A DNA stretch of 63,999 nucleotides, the filler included, from Rozella allomycis CSF55 (taxonomy: Eukaryota), in assembly GCA_000442015.1 (NCBI GenBank). It is 10 parts of 10 records of this genome, joined end to end, with 100 filler letters (N's around TTAATTAATTAA, not from the genome) between each part and the next. Parts side by side here need not be neighbours in the genome. Positions count along the whole stretch, not along the records: positions 35,015 to 37,113 come from KE560352.1; positions 37,214 to 54,137 come from KE560353.1; 8 more parts are not named here. The stretch is one strand, 5' to 3'. How positions within the stretch are numbered: position 1 is the stretch's first letter; each line of letters starts with the position of its first letter. The notes below the pieces were generated by a model, which saw only the letters and a list, made by a program, of their open reading frames with translations, searched no databases and was not told the DNA's origin. A program made the translations under genes and the position numbers. Positions 35,962 through 47,746 of this stretch are shown piece by piece.

Positions 35962-36763
35962 ATGAAAAGGGGACTTCGTTCTTTAACCCCAATTTCCGCA
36001 CAGAAAAGATTCATGTCTGCATATAATGTAACTTTCGACATTTTATCCAAGGAACTACAGGAAATTTCAAATCCTAAACGTGCCCAGTCATCTAGACGAT
36101 TCTTTAAAGTAGGCGAAAATAGCTACTCAAGCGGAGATGTGTTTATTGGTATATCTGTCCCAGATTTAAGAAAATATATTGTAGCTAAACTCCCTCGAAT
36201 GATAGATGTATCTGTTTTGCATTCGCTGTTCCAATCATCTGTCCACGAGCACCGACTTGCTGCGATTTTATGTCTCGTCGAGCTATTCCAGAAGCCTTCT
36301 AGATATTATGAACAATTTTGGGCCTGTACCGATGACTACACTTTCCGCATGAAGGTTATATCATGCTACAAACAAAATATCGCCCAAATAAATAATTGGG
36401 ACTTGGTAGACACTGGATGTTATAAGATTTTAGGATCCGCTTTGGTATTGTACCATAGAAAAGAGCTAGACGAATTTGTACTCGAGATGGAATCAAAGGT
36501 CACATCAAAAGATACATCACTACAGCGCCTTAAAGCAGTGTTACCCAGTTGGTACTCTGATTTGCTAAATTAATGACAGAGTGTTTGAAGACCACGATTT
36601 AATAAATAAAGCAATCGGTTGGGTGTTACGAGAAGCTGGCAAGGCAAATGAATCAATGCTAATAGATTTTTTGGAAAGAAATTGGAAAATCATGGCCAAA
36701 ATCTCCGTGTCATATGCGGTGGAAAAATTAGAACCAAAGCCAGCCTTTTTAAAGAAACTATAA
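35962..36763 (+). CDS. AlkD-like DNA alkylation repair protein, reading frame broken at ~36571
   Basis: GDVFIGISVPDLR, VHEHRL, INNWDLVD and HDLINKAIGWVLREAGK; Arg/Ser-rich N-terminus resembling a mitochondrial presequence. Confidence 0.8.
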
Positions 36764-36769
36764 ATACTT

Positions 36770-37113
36770 TTATTTTGTTTTCAACTTCTTCGACTTTTTT
36801 TCGCCTTTAACATGGTCCGTTTTAGTTCTCTTTTTTGAAAGTTCGACAGAGTGGGAACCAAAGGGTACGAAGGGTTTTCCCTGAACATTGGAATTTGTAT
36901 AAGGACGAGTATCCAATTTTTTCAATCCCTTTTCTATATAAAATTGATAATCGATGTCTTTAAGTTCATTTGAAGCAAGTACTTTAAATCTATGCTTGAT
37001 TGATTCTTTCAAAAATGTCCAATATTCTTACTTAGTTGCAAACGACCATTATCACTTTGAACTAAAGCCTTTGTTTCAGTTTCTAGACTGTTTTCAGTGA
37101 TATTTAAAAACAT
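36770..37113 (-). CDS. Partial small basic protein (possibly LYR-motif family)
   Basis: IKHRFK..DI..YIEKGLKKL resembles a LYR C-terminal half; 5' end lies in the gap. Confidence 0.3.
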
Positions 37114-37213
37114 NNNNNNNNNNNNNNNNNNNNNNNNNNNNNNNNNNNNNNNNNNNNTTAATTAATTAANNNNNNNNNNNNNNNNNNNNNNNNNNNNNNN
37201 NNNNNNNNNNNNN

Positions 37214-37700
37214 TTATAATCAGATTATTTACAACTTTAATTGAAGCTGGAATTGCTAATAGGGACTTATCCATCACTAGAGCTGTCTTAGGGCTTTTTT
37301 CAGCAACTTTTGTTATAAAAAATTGATATCTATTCTTGTAATTTATGACAGCACGATCTTTGGAACTCTTTATTCTGTCAGCCATATCTTTCACAATCGG
37401 TTCAACTTCTGGTCTCAAATAGGTTAACACAACTTCTCCAAACCTAAATGACATTACTCCTACCGATAAAGAACAGTCCATTGTATATTTTATAGTTCTC
37501 CAAGACCATTTTGAAAAATTAATTGTTAGGTTCTTCCCCTCTTCTACCACATATCTCTTCATAGTCTCGGCAGGTATTTCACCTCTTTTCGCTTTTTGAT
37601 AAACATCCGCGACTGTCTCTATTTCAGCTGAAATAGTACGAGAAAACCGCTGTGATTGTGTTATAGAATCCCTTTTCAATTTTTTGACCAGAATTGGCAA
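37214..37700 (-). CDS. Hypothetical protein, 3' truncated by the gap
   Basis: Open frame of more than 160 codons; no family recognised. Confidence 0.45.
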
Positions 37701-38055
37701 CAGTTCCTTCCAAGAAGAATTTGATACCTTAATGAATGGCAGTATTAAATGTTACAACCAAAATATGCTCTGGTCGCATTGGAGAATAAAATCGTCTAAA
37801 CGGTAACATTAATTGCATAAAATCCTGAAATTTCAAAAATCATTTTTCAAAAAACTTATCCAATCCTGAGGTATGTGATCCAATTTGTAACTCGTAAATC
37901 ATTTGGAGGATTGTTTTAGACTTTCTGCCATTTCATTTCCTGACACTTACTTCAATACCCAAAAATAAATAAGGTCAAAGTCTCAAAAGTAGGAATAATG
38001 AAGTCAATTTACTTTTTTCTAAGTAGAAGTGTGGGTCCAGGGCAAAGGCAAACAA

Positions 38056-39630
38056 TTAATTTATTGAATTGGTTATTTCGTAAATGACACCGCAAAGGTT
38101 TTTTGAGTCCTCAAGACAACAGTCTTCAGATTGTCTTTGCTCTTCGGTGTTTAATGAAAACAGTTTAGAATTGCGAAACATATAGCGATATTTGTTTGGA
38201 TATATCGTAAACATGCTTTCAGCAATATTTTTTGCAGATATTGGATAGACGTAGTTTCTTTCCATTATCGATAAAACGGTTTCATAAAATTCAATATTCA
38301 ATTTTCTAAAAGCTTTGCTAACGAAACTTAGATAGGCCAAAAACATTTTATAATCCAACAACACATCATTTGGTAGGTTTGATAATGCTTGGAAATAAGC
38401 AACTATTATACGTTCTTGTACTTTGGGCTTCACTTTAAAATCCTTTAAAATATTAATTAACTTAAGCAAGTTTGAATTTGAATTATTATCCGAAAGGCTT
38501 GAAAGTTTTTTGAGATACTCTTCCACAAATGTGAGATTAAATTGCTGGTTAAATGAATTAGCCAAAGATCGCGTAACATTCTCTATAACAAAGGGATGCA
38601 ATACAAAATTTTTCTTGTCTAAAGCTGTGATTAACATTTTTATTTTCGTATCCTCCACTTTGTTCAACAAACAAGGGTCCATTAATGTTCCCGCCAATAG
38701 CAACGGGTTAATTTTCCCTTCATCTATACAAATTTCAGCAGCTTCAGTCAAATTCTTTCTTTTCTTTATATGATTATTAAAATAACTTAGATAAATAGAA
38801 TTTAAGTCAACAGCTGCCAATGGATCAAGCTCTTCAATCTGTTTGTTAATGTTTATCACTTTGCGCAATGATTCTTTGTCGTTATTTATATTTTCATATA
38901 CCATCGATATCAGAGTTTTGTGTGGAATTTGATTATTACACACTAATGAGGTTAGCAAACCAAAGCCAGACTGAAATGCTTTTTGTTTTATAAAATGAGC
39001 AAGCATGACATTATCAATCTCCTTATTCAATGTTGCATTATTTAATTCTTTTATTTTTTCGTAAAATAATTTAGCGCATTCCTGTTTTGAAGGAAACTGA
39101 TGCTGACTATCTAAAACAAATTTTAGAGCTACAACAAAACTCTCCATACAAACTTCTTCATCAAAAGACGATGTAACCCGGTTAATTAATTTGCCTATAT
39201 GTTCTGATATGTTATCACACGTTGAATTGATAAGTGACATGAATAAACTCTTGCCAACAATCTCCGATGACCAGCAACATCCTTTGCTTAAAAACGATTT
39301 TATCATTTCCAACCCCGCAAGATCTTCTCCGTCCAGTTTGCTGGTCATGGCCATCACATGTTCTTCGGAAGGTGGGGATAGAACCATGGACCAAACTTTC
39401 TCTGTTGTCGCATGGATCGCTGCACCCAATAAATTATTCAAAATAGTTGCATTTAATGATAATGGACGTGTACTCTGAATACTTTGAAATAAGGATATAG
39501 CACTTTTGCTGTCCCTAAATTTAGCACACTTATAAGAAAGCTCAGCATCCGATTCCAAATAGAGGTTCGTTGAAAAGAGCCTGAACGAAAGCGCTCTTGA
39601 CCTTGTAAATTGGTAAAGCTTCGAATTCAT
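38056..39630 (-). CDS. Hypothetical helical protein with a mitochondrial-presequence-like N-terminus
   Basis: 524-aa intronless ORF starting MNSKLYQFTRSRALSFRLFS. Confidence 0.65.
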   Translation of the reverse strand: MNSKLYQFTRSRALSFRLFSTNLYLESDAELSYKCAKFRDSKSAISLFQSIQSTRPLSLNATILNNLLGAAIHATTEKVWSMVLSPPSEEHVMAMTSKLDGEDLAGLEMIKSFLSKGCCWSSEIVGKSLFMSLINSTCDNISEHIGKLINRVTSSFDEEVCMESFVVALKFVLDSQHQFPSKQECAKLFYEKIKELNNATLNKEIDNVMLAHFIKQKAFQSGFGLLTSLVCNNQIPHKTLISMVYENINNDKESLRKVININKQIEELDPLAAVDLNSIYLSYFNNHIKKRKNLTEAAEICIDEGKINPLLLAGTLMDPCLLNKVEDTKIKMLITALDKKNFVLHPFVIENVTRSLANSFNQQFNLTFVEEYLKKLSSLSDNNSNSNLLKLINILKDFKVKPKVQERIIVAYFQALSNLPNDVLLDYKMFLAYLSFVSKAFRKLNIEFYETVLSIMERNYVYPISAKNIAESMFTIYPNKYRYMFRNSKLFSLNTEEQRQSEDCCLEDSKNLCGVIYEITNSIN

Positions 39631-39808
39631 TCGTAATTAGTGAATTGGAATTTTCCAATCTCTAAAAATCAAATCTATAGAATCTAAATATCTCAAAAAA
39701 TTATCCATACTAACCCATATAAAAAGGTATCAAAAATTTTATTGATATCCTAAATTAATTCCTATTAAAGCTTTAAACCAACGGTGGCTTGACCACTATA
39801 TTTTTTCC

Positions 39809-40085
39809 ATGGCACAAGGCTTGATTAAGAAAATAAAACCGTCAAATCAAAATGCTAAAAAAGGTAACTATTTATATTATATTTTAAAAAGGCAAGAAAG
39901 TCTTGAAACCAAAATCTACAACCGCCTTGAAGACTTTGAAAATGCAACAAAAGCTATCCGCACAAATTAATAACAATTTAGAAAAAGTAATGGCGCAAAG
40001 AGCAGGCGCTTGTGGAAAATTGAATATTATCAAGGTGGACAAAAAGGCAGACGATTCAAAGAAAGGAAAGAAGGGTAAGAAATAA
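39809..40085 (+). CDS. UPF0390/DUF2462 (Leydig cell tumor 10 kDa-like) small basic protein
   Basis: MAQGLIKK..QQKLSAQINNNLEKVMAQRAG..GKLNIIK; one short intron. Confidence 0.7.
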
Positions 40086-40216
40086 GCAACCCAAGTTTAA
40101 TCTGAAATCTTGCTATCAATATAAGATTATATAATAAATTAACTTCAAAGTACAAAGAGTTCTAACGCTTTTGTTTATTTTAGGGCAATTGCCAATCCAG
40201 GGGTTCGATAACATAG

Positions 40217-40574
40217 TTAATTCATTATTTCATCTATGTCTACCTCCTTTTTCTGCCTTTTGATTTTATTGGAAAGAACAGAATTAGCGGCAGCCGTCAA
40301 TGAACCGTGTAAGCTTGGGTTTCTGCGAGCGAGCAAGCGAACGTCATCCATCGACACAGTACCTCGTTTCGCATGTCTAATTATAATAGGATCAAATACG
40401 ACGTTTTACTTTGAAAAAGCTTCTAAATCGATAGAAACCAAGTTTAGTTGCTTTTCCAACAATACCGCCAAAGATATCTGTTTTAAAGAAAAAATAAGTA
40501 AACACTTTAAATGAATCTGAAAACGCATGATCTGGAGGTAGTAGAGAGTCTACTATAGAGATGAAATTATCCAT
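40217..40574 (-). CDS. MHF1: CENP-S/MHF1 histone-fold protein
   Basis: Spliced DLEAFSRHAKRGTVSMDDVRLLARRNPSL. Confidence 0.8.
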
Positions 40575-40619
40575 TAAAAACTAGAACTGAAATTTCAGGA
40601 ATAAAGTTAGAAAATTACA

Positions 40620-40720
40620 AAGTAGAATACTTAGAAATAGAAATAGAAATAATAGATGAATAGAAATAGAATAGATAAAGTAAAAAGAAAATAGATGAAT
40701 AGAAAATACATTGAATAGAT
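40620..40720. repeat. Degenerate (TAGAAA)n purine-rich intergenic tract
   Basis: tagaaatagaaatagaaataatagatgaatagaaatagaatagat; almost no C on the + strand. Confidence 0.6.
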
Positions 40721-42515
40721 TAAAAGCCTTCAGCCACATGTCTTAGAGGTCTTTTTTGAAAAGCATCTTCCATTCTAGCAGCAAGTTCTTTCCCAAGTTC
40801 GGTTTCAAATTCATCACCGTCTTTCCAACGGGAAACATCACAGAGATCATTTAAAGAATCAAAAGGTAAATCCACACTTGATAAAGATAACGATAAAAAA
40901 TTACTTTTGAAGCCACTCAATTTCAAAGAAGCCACCAGGGGGGACGTATTCAGGAGTTCCCCTTGGATAATGAGGTTTAACGATGCCTTTCATTTTGGCA
41001 AAACCTTTATACAAGAAAAAGAATTGAAAATACCATGAAGGCAACCGCTTTTATCAGTTGTAAAGAAAAGATAAACAATTCTACTCGTACGAAACGCATT
41101 TGAAAGTTCAGCAGCAAATGGCCCTTTAAATGTTGTCCAAAAATTCTTTTAATCCAATTTAATAAAAACTATTACATTTTGTCGACTTTTAACGTAATAT
41201 TCTAATTCACTTGTAGAAAGATAAAAATAACGTTCAGGACAAGATCTTGAAATTTCTGATAAAGATTTAACAAAGAGAAATTACTAGAATCGATTAGATG
41301 AGTAGAAAACTTATAATTAGATTTAGAAGAAGAAATCGTCTTTTTGTGTTCTTCGTCTCTATTAGATGGACTTGAATCACGTGGCCTTTTTACTACCATT
41401 GGACTCTTGTAGTGATGCTCATAGTCTTCATTTTGTCCTTTAAAATACTTTTGCTTATCTTCAAAATTATCCACGCGGTTTTTATCGTGAAAATTTTCAT
41501 ATCGCTTTTCATGCCATTTTTTAGGCGTCTCAAACTGATTTCTAAATTCGTGAAATTTCGGATTGTCAAATTTCTGAAAGTTGTTTTCTCTATTATAATA
41601 AGGTTTTGATTGATGGTATTTTTCTTGATGTTCAAATTGACCCTCGTGTCGATTTTCATGTGGACGATGATGCCACTCTTTTTGAAACCCATGTTCAGAT
41701 CTCTTATTTTCATCCCAATTTGGCTTATGATGAAAATACGGCTTTGAATAAAACGGCTTATTTTCATAAGGCTTGTCATGATGATGTTTATTGTATGGAG
41801 TCTTATGATAAAACTCACGGTCTTTTTCATAATGTTTCTCGTATGGTTTATTCATCTTATAATCTTCTTGTTTTTCATTTGGATATCCATAAGAAGATTG
41901 ATATCTAGGCTTGGTATGATAACCACGATTTTGGTAGTCTTTATCATACCCTGCCTTTTCATAACCAGGCTTTTCATAATTGGGTTTTTCATAATGTGGT
42001 TTCTCGTAATTTGGTCTTTCATATCCATGCTTTTCGTATCCGTGCTTTTCGTAACCAGACTTTTCATAGTTAGGCTTTTCATATCCCTTATCATAACCAC
42101 CCTTGTCATAGCTCTTTTCGTAATGAAAGCTTTTTTCCTTATCATAGTTATAATTCCTTTCTTTATCATAACCATAATTTCTTTCATTATACTTTGCACC
42201 ATACTCTGGGTTTTGAACATACCTTTTCTTCGAATACTCATACCTTGGTTTGGACTCCCATTGTCCTTCACCGATACTCTCTCTTCTATCACCTTCACTT
42301 GGCTCCATTTTTTCTCTGCCGCCATTATCTTTATAATCACGTCCATTATCACTGCCTTCCCTTTGGGAATCATTAACGTCACGTCCGTTATTGTCATCAC
42401 TTTTCACATCTCTATTGGTCTCCTCTTTACTAGCGTTTCTTTTTTTAAAGCTTTGAAACACTTACCTCTCGTTGCTATAGCCTGCTTCGTCAGAATCATA
42501 AAGCACTTCCTCCAT
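40720..42515 (-). CDS. YTH-domain RNA-binding protein with a long Y/H/E/K low-complexity N-terminus
   Basis: After removing four 28-30 nt introns the C-terminus reads RYFYLSTSELEYYVKSRQNNFWTT..ELSNAF..VYLFFTTDKSGCLHGFAKM..PGGFFEIEW..LPF..DGDEFETELGKEL, matching the YTH pattern. Confidence 0.8.
41940..42140 (-). repeat. Coding pentapeptide repeat (YEKxx / YDKxx)
   Basis: YEKPNYEKSGYEKHGYEKHGYERPNYEKPHYEKPNYEKPGYEKAGYDK in the YTH protein. Confidence 0.8.
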
Positions 42516-42822
42516 AATAAAACCAGGGTCCACATTTAGGGAAAGTCCAAATGGTGTTGATCGAGAAACAAAATAAAATAGAATAGTTCAAATTTAAAGT
42601 GAATGAGGATAGAATACTTTAAGTGAATCTTTATTGGCTTGCATGCTTTATGCGAAATACGGCGATTATGCCGACTGTCGACTGGTAGTTGCCACTGAAG
42701 GCCATGATGATCCTCATATTCTTCTAACTTATCGCGGTTTTCGCTTTGAGGAATGACAGTAATCAGTAACTCAAAGTGGCATAGCACACTAAAGTTTGGA
42801 TTCCACTTTTCACTAAAAAGAA

Positions 42823-45800
42823 ATGAATGAGACAGGAAATCAATCGATTTCAAAAATCGATTCAAAATCAGATAAGCTCAAGGAACAGTTGGAGCTGGAA
42901 ATGAAAATATATGATGGGTTCACTGCAATGTTGAAAGTTTATGAAAATACAGACTATGTGAAAGAAGACACAATAAAACAAGTGAAACTTCAAGTATCGA
43001 TAAATATGTATGCTATTATAGATAGAGTCATCCAATAAAAAGATAGACTCTTTAAAGAGCAGGTTAAAACAGCAAGAAATAGATGGTGGGACAGATCTGA
43101 ATTTGAATATTGTAATGAAACATTGATAATTTGTTGCTAGAAGCGAATGAGCAAAAACAGGTTGTCCACTGAAACAATAGTTAAATCCATTAGCACTTCA
43201 AATATTGTGGGAATGAGAAGAGGCCATACCAGGACAGAATCTGCTGACCAAAGCGATTACAAGGGCATAAAATTGTTGGTTGATTCCGAATCAATAAATC
43301 TTAGAATTATAGAAATTATGAACAATTTGAATAGTGCTAATCAAAACTATTTACCAGATTTAAATGGGCTTGTTGAACATTTGAAGATAATAAAGAGAAT
43401 TGAAACTTTCTATCCGATAGAAAACGCATTGAAAATGTAAAATTACTTTATTGCATGAATTTGAGATTAAGGAAGCTTTTAAGGCATAAGCGTAGTGAAG
43501 TTAGAGCTGCAACAATCCGAGTATTGCGATACATAATTCAAGATGACGAGGCATTAAAATTTGTAATTTTATTTTCAATCGACATTCTTATCTACCAATC
43601 ACTCTTTCTTGACAATCGCCATGATCTTGAAAGAAGTCAGGCGTTAAATTTTGTTCAGCATTTATTGACCATTGGAAATAAAAATATTCCCAGATTGTTG
43701 ATTATGGGAGTAGTTAGCATTTCAGAGAACTTGGAGGACAACATGCACCAAGCATGCCTGGTTATCCTCGCAGAAATGGCAATTAGGCATCCCCAATTAG
43801 CGGCTAGCACAAATGCTATAAATTCTATTTTGAAAAACTCATTAAAAGGATCGGAAAAGCTATTTGAAATTCCTATTTTTGTCTCAGTCTACTTGCTTGA
43901 TTTCCCACAAACAAGACTTTATTTACGTCAGTCAGTTGAATTTGGAGTAAAAATCTTTTTAAATTTTGTTAGTTTGTTTTCGCTTCTTTTACTAATTTCA
44001 CCAGCGAAGATGTCGAATCAATAAACAACATAAAGATCTGTTGTCAAACAATAATTGAGCTACTGAAAACATGGCCTGGTATTTGTCACTTCTCTTTTAC
44101 GATAGGATTGACCTTTATGTGCTCTCATCAAAATTCAACCATAAAGTCAATGATTGAATCGTTATCTTTACCATTTCAAAGTGTGCAAGTGAAATTTATT
44201 GATATTTTCAAATTTAGAGCTATTTAATTGATTCTCTATACAGTTTGTTTGATTTCAACATCAATGAAGTCAACGAAGAGTATAGTCGAATGATTAAGAA
44301 CTACTTTGGACTATTGGCAATTATATTTATTAAAAATAATTTTCTGAAGGTATTTGTATTATTATAGTTCTTTTTAGGCTCTAGTTCAATTAATTTCTTC
44401 AAGCTCAGAAGACATTGCAAAAAAGGCTGTATCCTTGCTGGGAAAATTTTCTGATATTTGTTTTCAAATTCTTCCATCGCACTATGTTGTTTCAGTTCAA
44501 GTATATATAACTTCTAATCTTTTTAGTCACTTCCTGAACTGTTTGAAATGGCTGCCTCGTTTTTTGGCGATCGTAATCGACATTTGGCCACTTCTGCTTT
44601 AACTCATATTGATTCAGTATTCCAATTTTATTCAAAAAATGCCGTGGAAAATGTTCCAAAATTTAGGCAGCAGGGGCATTTTGATCCATTAAAGTTTCGC
44701 GCTCTGATTAATGATTCACAAGTATTTTTGTTGTTTGAATGTATTCAGGTTTTAGTTTCAAAAGATTATCGTGAATGGGATTGGAATGTGATTGTAGAAT
44801 TGCTGCAAGGGTATTTGCAGAATTCAAAGAGAGTAAAAGAAGTCATTCAAAACACGAAATTTATTAAAAGATTATTGTCATTTTTAAGACCTTCAAATAA
44901 GCAATTTTCCAAACTATCGTCAGGAGAAGGCACAGGTCTGATTGTCAAGTGTTGTCTAGAATTGATAAACATTTTAGCATCATCGACAGATGATGGTGTA
45001 CCAATTTTAATGGATAATTCTCTATTTCAAGAGATATCAATAGCATTGGAAGATTTAGACCCCATTAAAGGAAGTGTTTCACAAGATCATATGTTCTCAA
45101 GTGTAAGTTTGGAAATGACTATATCAAGCCAATACTTTTCCTTTATTGGTATAGTTAGCAAATGCAGCGAAGCATTAAAGTAAAATTCTTGATCATTATT
45201 GAACAAGGGTGTTAGAAAAATATAGAATATTCTCCTTATTGTATCAATTAACTGAATTAAATAGTCGCGAAGACATTGTAAAATATATTATAAGCAACTT
45301 GGATTATTCTTTGTACGAAATGAATATTATTATAATTAATAGGGATGGTCATTCTAGGCTAATTCTGGCAAAGACTTTAGTCTCCTCGTTCAGAGTAATA
45401 TTATAAGAATGTTAAATATAGAACACTCGCTTATATGCTACAAAAGAAATGTTAAGAATAGGAAATGACTATTCAGACTTTGATTGGGGAATTGAATTGC
45501 TGGTCAATCAATTATTTGATACATCAATAGAAGTCAGCAAGACTGCTTCATTTGTCCTTTCAAAACTATCAGTGAATCATAATTGCTTGGACATTTTGAT
45601 TAGCCAAAAACCACCTCTACATTTAATCAACAATATATCATCAGAATTAATTCTTTGGTAAAAATTAAAAATGTTTAGTTTAGCTTTGTTTCCTGAGATC
45701 TCCCGCTGGGTTTTCGTATCTAATGGATTTAAATCTTTTAGATAAAGTTGTTGACGAATGGCTAATGTCCAATAACACAAAGTTTATGGCTCAGTTGGAA

Positions 45801-46947
45801 TTAGACTTTGATAAAGTAATTTTTAAAAGAGGCAATGTTGAATATGCGGAAAACAATAATTTGTGGTCATGTTTAGTGCAAACAGACCAAGGAGTGCATT
45901 ACATACAAAAATCAGGAGTGTTCCAGAAGTATTTCGAAACTGTTTCACATTTTGGAATAAAATGTGAAATTGATTTTGTAAAGAATTTTAAAGCGGCTAT
46001 TTGGGCTTTGGTATTCAATACATCATTGTTTAACGAAAGGGATATATGGGCTCGACTGAAAAAGGCTTTCAATTGTTCCGAGACCAGGATGTTGATAAAC
46101 TTTTTGAGATCGCTAAGAATTCTACGATTTCAACTGTCAAGGGGTAAATTTTCATACAAAGATGTTAAAGAACATTCTTCTTCGCCTTTGGCTTATTCGC
46201 AAAACATGAACTTGGATTCAAGCAATTGTCAAGAGTTGGATGGGACTGTGTCTTGACTATTGACAACACCTTCCCTGGAATTTGTTTCCCAAAGGAAATT
46301 AATTCATTCTTCATTGTAAAAAATATATTTTAAATTATTCAGATAAACAACGAGTTCAATTTAAATGCAAAGTTTGAAGATCTTGGCTTGGACCAATCAA
46401 TTACAGCCAAAGTTTCGAATCCAAATATTTTGAAGCTAATTGGAAATCTTGGCAATCAAATTACATTAAATAGCTCAATCAAATCTTTAACAAAGTATGA
46501 CTAATACTTTTCCATCTTAGAATTAAGCTAGAGAACCCTGAGCAGTTATGTAACTTACCAATGTTCATTTACGCCCACGAATTTATGAGTTTTTATACTT
46601 ATAAAGCATCGTCTCGAAAGTTCATAATTTCACTCTTTGAAAATTTTCATTTAAACTTTGATGAAATTGGCGATGAATTAGACTCGCTGCGAAAAGAAGT
46701 ACTGGAATTAAACAAGCCAAAATTAATTTCTACATCAAATTCAAATCTTAATTTAAGAAGACATTCATTTGATCTACTCGGCTCAAGAGAAATTGTGTCT
46801 AATCAATCAAGCACACAATTGAGTGGCATTTCTCATAGCGCCCCAAGTTCTTTCAAGAATATGGTATTGCCATTCCTTAAAAACAGCCCTCTGCCAAATT
46901 CTACACTAAAGTACAAACGAGTAATAGGATTCAGTAGTGAATCTTAA
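42823..46947 (+). CDS. RICTOR: TORC2 subunit RICTOR/Avo3/Ste20, about 15 short introns
   Basis: N-terminal HR1-like helix, ERSQALNFV, KDYREWDWNVIVELLQG, NLDYS..GHSRLIL, DWGIELLVNQLFD and AAIWALGDMGST-like segment. Confidence 0.85.
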
Positions 46948-46991
46948 ACAACACAAATAAATTTGTTTTTTTAAATGACATTAATGTTTAT

Positions 46992-47483
46992 TTAAAATTT
47001 TTGGAATTTCTTGGATCCTCCGACTTGCTTTTGGACCTTGAGAACGTTGAAACGAACAGTCTTGGAAAGTGGGCGGCATTGTCCAACAGTGACAACATCT
47101 CCATTCTTGACTCCAATAAAGCATGGTGACAAGTGTGCAGCAAGATTCTTGTGACGTTTTTCATAACGATTGTATTTAGTAATATAGTGAAGGTATTCAC
47201 GACGAAGGATGATAGTTCTCTTCATTTTTGTGGAAACAACAACTCCAGTAAGGATACGTCCGCGAATAGAAACATCTCCAGTAAATGGGCATTTCTTGTC
47301 AATGTAATGTCCGTTGATGGCTTCAGCTGGAGTCTTAAATCCTAAACCGACATCCTTGTACCAACGACGGTGAGCTCCAGCTTTTGGCATTTGACGCTTT
47401 GGGTCTTGAAAAATTCCAACTTGCTTTTGAAAGGCTTTTTCAGTCTAAAGTTCAAAGTATAACCAACTTTTTACTTGTTCCAT
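46992..47483 (-). CDS. RPS11: 40S ribosomal protein S11 (uS17)
   Basis: [42 protein letters not shown]; one 30-nt intron. Confidence 0.97.
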
Positions 47484-47746
47484 AATACCAGGGGTAAAAA
47501 AAGTTATTCCGGAAATTTCAAAATGAGCCAAATCCTTAAACCACATTAACAATGTACTAAAAGAAATCAAAAAAGCTTGAGGTATACACTATTCCACATA
47601 TGTCTATATTATTTGATGAACGAAAAATTTCAAATGAAAAAAGAAAAATCAGTAATTGATATCTTATAAATCAAATATCATTTATTAGCCAATATTAAAT
47701 GGCCATTTTGGAATTTGAGTAGCAAATTATTCTGAAATCGAATCTG

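Noticed and set aside
41940-42140. CRISPR-like array (also 15596-15710 and 53745-53900)
   Set aside because: In-frame coding tandem repeats with no unique spacers, in a eukaryote with no cas genes visible.
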